Positions 60,561 through 64,000 of a stretch of 64,000 bases of DNA are shown here, piece by piece. The stretch comes from a virus. A program made the position numbers and the translations under genes. The stretch's first letter is position 1. Each line of letters begins with the position of its first letter. Below the pieces are notes generated by a model that was not told the origin of the DNA, ran no database searches, and saw nothing but the letters and a program-made list of their open reading frames with translations. The DNA is taken from the IMG/VR virus record IMGVR_UViG_3300034198_013268, positions 9,422 to 73,421 of that record; one strand, given 5' to 3'.

Positions 60561-60926
60561 ATGATAGCTGGCGTATATAACATATTTTGCGAACAAGGTA
60601 CCACTTTTGGCCGCACTTTTGAGCTCCAGTATCCCGACCCAGTAGACCCATCCATTTTTAATGTGTATGACCTCAGCGGCCATACGGCAAGACTACAGGT
60701 TCGGCGTACGGTTGAATCAAGTAGCACCCTTATTGAGCTAACAACAGAAAATAACGGTATAGAGATAGACGCAGTGCTGGGTAAAATTTTGGTTCAAATG
60801 ACAAGCACTCAGACTTCGGCTCTCACCTCAAGTGGGGTGTACGACTTAGAAATACAAGATGCTGGAGGGAATGTGTCAAGAGTTGTTCAAGGAACATTTA
60901 CTCTTTCCTTAGAGGTAACGCGATGA
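60561..60926 (+). CDS. Virion beta-sandwich protein (tail-fibre adaptor-like)
   Basis: YNIFCEQGTTF...DLSGHTARLQVR...GVYDLEI...RVVQGTFTLSLEVT. Confidence 0.7.
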   Translation: MIAGVYNIFCEQGTTFGRTFELQYPDPVDPSIFNVYDLSGHTARLQVRRTVESSSTLIELTTENNGIEIDAVLGKILVQMTSTQTSALTSSGVYDLEIQDAGGNVSRVVQGTFTLSLEVTR

Positions 60927-61234
60927 GCAATACCGTACCAAACAACGTAAACATACAACAAGACACGCCAAACCAAGTAATTGTTGCGCAAGATGCACCC
61001 AATCAAGTTCTTGTTCGTTCTAGTGGGGCGGCCGGAAATACCAGAAGATTTGTGTTTAATCAAGAGGCGGCACTGGATACGTGGGTCATAACTCACTCCT
61101 TAGGAGGCAAGCCGTCCGTGACCATTGTTGACTCTGCAGATACACATGTATTTGGTGAGGTACAATACAATAGTAATACTCAGGTTACGGTGACGTTCTC
61201 TGTGGCGTTCTCTGGAAAAGCATATCTCACGTAA
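60923..61234 (+). CDS. Small virion structural protein
   Basis: WVITHSLGGKPSVTIVD...FSGKAYL; in the tail-fibre cluster. Confidence 0.65.
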   Translation: MSNTVPNNVNIQQDTPNQVIVAQDAPNQVLVRSSGAAGNTRRFVFNQEAALDTWVITHSLGGKPSVTIVDSADTHVFGEVQYNSNTQVTVTFSVAFSGKAYLT

Positions 61235-61246
61235 GGTAGAGGAAAA

Positions 61247-62557
61247 ATGGCACAAAAATTTCTAACAAATATTGACCTTAATCAAAATCAACTGATTAAT
61301 GCCAAATTTGAGGCACTGGCTACCAACCCATCCTCTGGCAACTTTGAAGGTCGGATGTACTTCAACACGGCTACATATACCCTTATGGTGTATGCCGATG
61401 GCGGTTGGAAGAAGTCAGTTCATTCCATTCTTTCTGGTGGTGGCGCAGGTATTGCTGAAGCCCTTACGGTTTCTGAATCAAATGGCACGGTAACCCTTAC
61501 TCTCAATGTCGCTGATACTGACTCTGCTGGTCTGCTGCCAGCCGCAATGTGGAACATGCTTACCGACGCGACTTCGGACGCAACTGCTTCTAAGTTGGTC
61601 AAAAGAGATGCTAGTGGTAATACTAAAGTTGCCACACCAACTGACGCCAACCATGCTGCCACCAAGGGTTACGTAGACGCAGCTCGCCAAGGTCTTGATG
61701 TCAAGCAGTCTGTAAGACTTGCCACAACGGCCCCAATCAACATCGCCTCAGACCTCGAGGCCGGGGACTCAATTGACGGAGTAACACTTGTTGCCGGTGA
61801 CCGCGTTCTTGTAAAAGACCAAAGCACGGCAACAGAAAACGGTATTTATGTTGCAGTTGCCTCTGGTGCCGGCGCTGCCTCTCGTTCTTCTGATGCTAAC
61901 GGAACTGCAGATACTGGAGAACTAAAGCCAGGAACATTTACTTTTGTTGAAGAAGGTTCGGTCCACGCAGATAAGGGATTTGTTGTTTCCACAAACGGAA
62001 CAATCACTATCGGCTCAACAGCAATCGTATGGACTCAGTTCTCTGGTGCTGGTTCTTTTGAAGCTGGCGATGGTCTTTCCAAGTCCGGGAACACAATCAA
62101 TGTCAACGTAGTCAATGACAGAACAGCAATTACAGGAGATGCAGTAGACATTGCATCAACTTATGTTGGTCAGTCTTCTATTACGACCCTTGGAACAATC
62201 ACTACCGGTATTTGGAACGGCACAGACGTAGCCGTTGCAGACGGTGGTACTGGTGCTAGCGATGCCGCAACTGCTCGCACGAATCTTGGTATCAAGACAA
62301 CTGCCGGTTCTGCTACGACAAGCACATCAAAACTTGCTCGAGTTGCTACTCAAGCATGCGCTGCTCATGCTGGTGGAACCTCAACAACTACGGTTACTCA
62401 CTTGTTTAACACTCTTGATGTAGCGGTGCAAGTTATTGAAGTATCAAGCGGAGCAACAGTCTATGGTGATGTTAGTCGCCCAAATGCTGACACCGTTACA
62501 GTTGTATTGCTAGGAACAATAGCTCTTGGTGACTACAGAATAGTCGTCACAGGATAG
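61247..62557 (+). CDS. Tail fibre protein
   Basis: AATKGYVD..RQGLDVKQSVRLATT, IDGVTLVAGDRVLVKDQ..ENGIY, VAVADGGTGASDAATARTNLG. Confidence 0.8.
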   Translation: MAQKFLTNIDLNQNQLINAKFEALATNPSSGNFEGRMYFNTATYTLMVYADGGWKKSVHSILSGGGAGIAEALTVSESNGTVTLTLNVADTDSAGLLPAAMWNMLTDATSDATASKLVKRDASGNTKVATPTDANHAATKGYVDAARQGLDVKQSVRLATTAPINIASDLEAGDSIDGVTLVAGDRVLVKDQSTATENGIYVAVASGAGAASRSSDANGTADTGELKPGTFTFVEEGSVHADKGFVVSTNGTITIGSTAIVWTQFSGAGSFEAGDGLSKSGNTINVNVVNDRTAITGDAVDIASTYVGQSSITTLGTITTGIWNGTDVAVADGGTGASDAATARTNLGIKTTAGSATTSTSKLARVATQACAAHAGGTSTTTVTHLFNTLDVAVQVIEVSSGATVYGDVSRPNADTVTVVLLGTIALGDYRIVVTG

Positions 62558-62563
62558 GAAAAC

Positions 62564-62752
62564 ATGAAAATCACAGCAGAACAAAAAGCAATGGCAGCAT
62601 CGTACGCAAGAAGCGTACTCGGTGCAGCAGTCGCAACATATGTTGCAACAAACGATATCAAACTTACTGCTAATGCTCTTTGGGCAGCAGCACTACCTGT
62701 TATCCTTCGTTACTTGAATCCAAAAGATACAGCATTCGGCAAAAAAGCTTAA
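62564..62752 (+). CDS. Putative holin (small two-TM protein)
   Basis: 62 aa; SYARSVLGAAVATY...LWAAALPVILRYLNPKD with a basic C-terminus. Confidence 0.6.
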   Translation: MKITAEQKAMAASYARSVLGAAVATYVATNDIKLTANALWAAALPVILRYLNPKDTAFGKKA

Positions 62753-62795
62753 TGCTTAGCCCTGAGGGGCATTAACAAGAGAAACGACCGAGGTC

Positions 62796-63509
62796 ATGGC
62801 TCAGAAATTTATAACCCCTATCGCTATTAAGCAGTTGTCGTCTGCTGGCTCTGACGGGTTAACGATTTATGTAGACCAAGACACTTTTGCAAGACTTCAA
62901 ATTCAGGGTGGCGGTCGTCTTGTTTGGGGCGATGGAGCGAATGCCGGAGATGTAAACCTCTACCGAGACGCGGCAAACGTCCTTAAAACAGACGACACTT
63001 TTAAAGTTCCTGCTCTTTTTATTGATGGGATTGAAGTAGACACAACTGGCGCAACCAGTAATCAAGTTCTTAAATTTGACGGAACTAAGTTTGTTCCTGG
63101 CACTGCCTCAACGGTCGCTTCCCTTGACGACTTAACTGACGTAACAATAACAAGCGTTGCAACCAATCAGGTCTTGCAGTGGAACGGAGCCGCTTGGGTG
63201 AACGCCACCGCTGCAGGTGGAGCAACCATCTCCGACACTGCCCCAGGAACTCCTGTCGCTGGTCAGATTTGGTTTGAATCCGACACAGGTAAAACTTTCG
63301 TCTATTACGATTCACAATGGATTGAAATTGGAGCACAGCCTCTAGGACAGATTGGACCCACCGGTCCGTCTGGTCCATCTGGACCTGCTGGCCCTACAGG
63401 AGCTACGGGCAGTACCGGCCCTACGGGCATTTCTGTTGTTAATATTGATGGGGGCTTCCCATCCACCAATTATGGTGGCATTACTTCGCTTAACGCAGGA
63501 GGTGTTTAA
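62796..63509 (+). CDS. Tail fibre-like protein with short collagen stretch
   Basis: SLDDLTDVTI..VATNQVLQWNG, GQIWFESDTG, GPTGPSGPSGPAGPTGATG. Confidence 0.75.
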   Translation: MAQKFITPIAIKQLSSAGSDGLTIYVDQDTFARLQIQGGGRLVWGDGANAGDVNLYRDAANVLKTDDTFKVPALFIDGIEVDTTGATSNQVLKFDGTKFVPGTASTVASLDDLTDVTITSVATNQVLQWNGAAWVNATAAGGATISDTAPGTPVAGQIWFESDTGKTFVYYDSQWIEIGAQPLGQIGPTGPSGPSGPAGPTGATGSTGPTGISVVNIDGGFPSTNYGGITSLNAGGV

Positions 63510-64000
63510 TGGCTATTCAAATTCAATTTAGACGAGGCACTGCCGCAGAGTGGACGGCTACAGACCCTACTCTTGCAGTAGGAGAACTTGGCGCAGAAAC
63601 TGATACAGGAAAATTTAAGGTAGGTACTGGCACTAGTGTCTGGAGTCTTCTTCCTTATAGTTCTGGTCCTATAGGCGCAACCGGCCCTACTGGTCCTCAA
63701 GGAGTCAGCGGAGTATCTGGCGTCAGCGGCGTATCAGGAGTTAGTGGAGTCTCGGGCGTATCTGGTGTTATTGGAGCAACTGGTCCTACTGGCCCCTCCG
63801 GCGTAAGCGGAGTTTCTGGAGTTAGTGGAGTTTCGGGTCCTTCGGGAGTCTCTGGAGTCTCGGGTGTTTCTGGAGTCAGTGGCGTAAGTGGAGTCTCTGG
63901 TGTATCTGGCGTGTCTGGCGTAAGCGGAGTTAGTGGTGTTCCTGGAGCACAAAATGCTCACGCAACTGTAAAAACAGTTGTTGACACAATGGGCGCAAGC
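63509..64000 (+). CDS. Collagen-like tail fibre with Mtd-N/hyaluronidase-like N-terminal domain (partial, runs off the window)
   Basis: Read by hand: [41 protein letters not shown] followed by G-X-Y repeats. Confidence 0.8.
   Translation, partial: MAIQIQFRRGTAAEWTATDPTLAVGELGAETDTGKFKVGTGTSVWSLLPYSSGPIGATGPTGPQGVSGVSGVSGVSGVSGVSGVSGVIGATGPTGPSGVSGVSGVSGVSGPSGVSGVSGVSGVSGVSGVSGVSGVSGVSGVSGVPGAQNAHATVKTVVDTMGAS
63701..63942 (+). repeat. 9-bp-period coding repeat, (Gly-Val-Ser)n collagen-like
   Basis: Over 20 GVS triplets in runs, encoded with varied synonymous codons (ggagtcagc, ggagtatct, ggcgtaagc, ggagttagt). Confidence 0.9.

Noticed and set aside
63509-64000. Diversity-generating retroelement suggested by the Mtd-like N-terminus
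   Set aside because: This N-terminal domain is common in tail fibres; no reverse transcriptase or template repeat is seen in the window
1-64000. tRNA, rRNA, integrase or transposase genes
   Set aside because: None recognised by eye; intergenic space is minimal. A tRNAscan-SE run would confirm.

Overview
The window is a segment of a large tailed dsDNA phage genome: HK97-type head, contractile (myovirus-like) tail. An actinobacterial host is my inference. Two arms diverge from about 38.3 kb. The minus-strand arm runs: small membrane protein, portal fused to a MuF-like domain, HK97 prohead protease with long modular extensions, about 32 kb of very large multi-domain ORFs (1731, 687, 2228, 1250 and 3680 aa) with small intervening genes, then the 5' part of the major capsid gene. 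The plus-strand arm runs: terminase large subunit, Rad52/Sak-type annealing protein, RecB-like nuclease, HNH, RuvC-like resolvase, IbrB/ParB-like protein, then neck, sheath, tube, chaperone with a -1 frameshift, tape measure, baseplate, tail fibres and a putative holin. The main finding is in the giant head-cluster ORFs. They look like modular polyproteins in which unrelated domains (Nudix, HTH array, DnaJ J-domain, zeta-toxin kinase, two GNATs, DEDDh exonuclease, zincin peptidase, DUF3626-like, OGFr-like, ART-like) are separated by a recurring peptide, [IV]-[STVG]-G-x-M. I count 18 copies in four proteins. All five giant proteins also carry one of two shared N-terminal leader motifs, each following a K|[SAGV] site. 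This suggests a capsid-targeted, protease-processed cargo system for injected effectors. All family assignments come from motif recognition by eye; no database searches were run.
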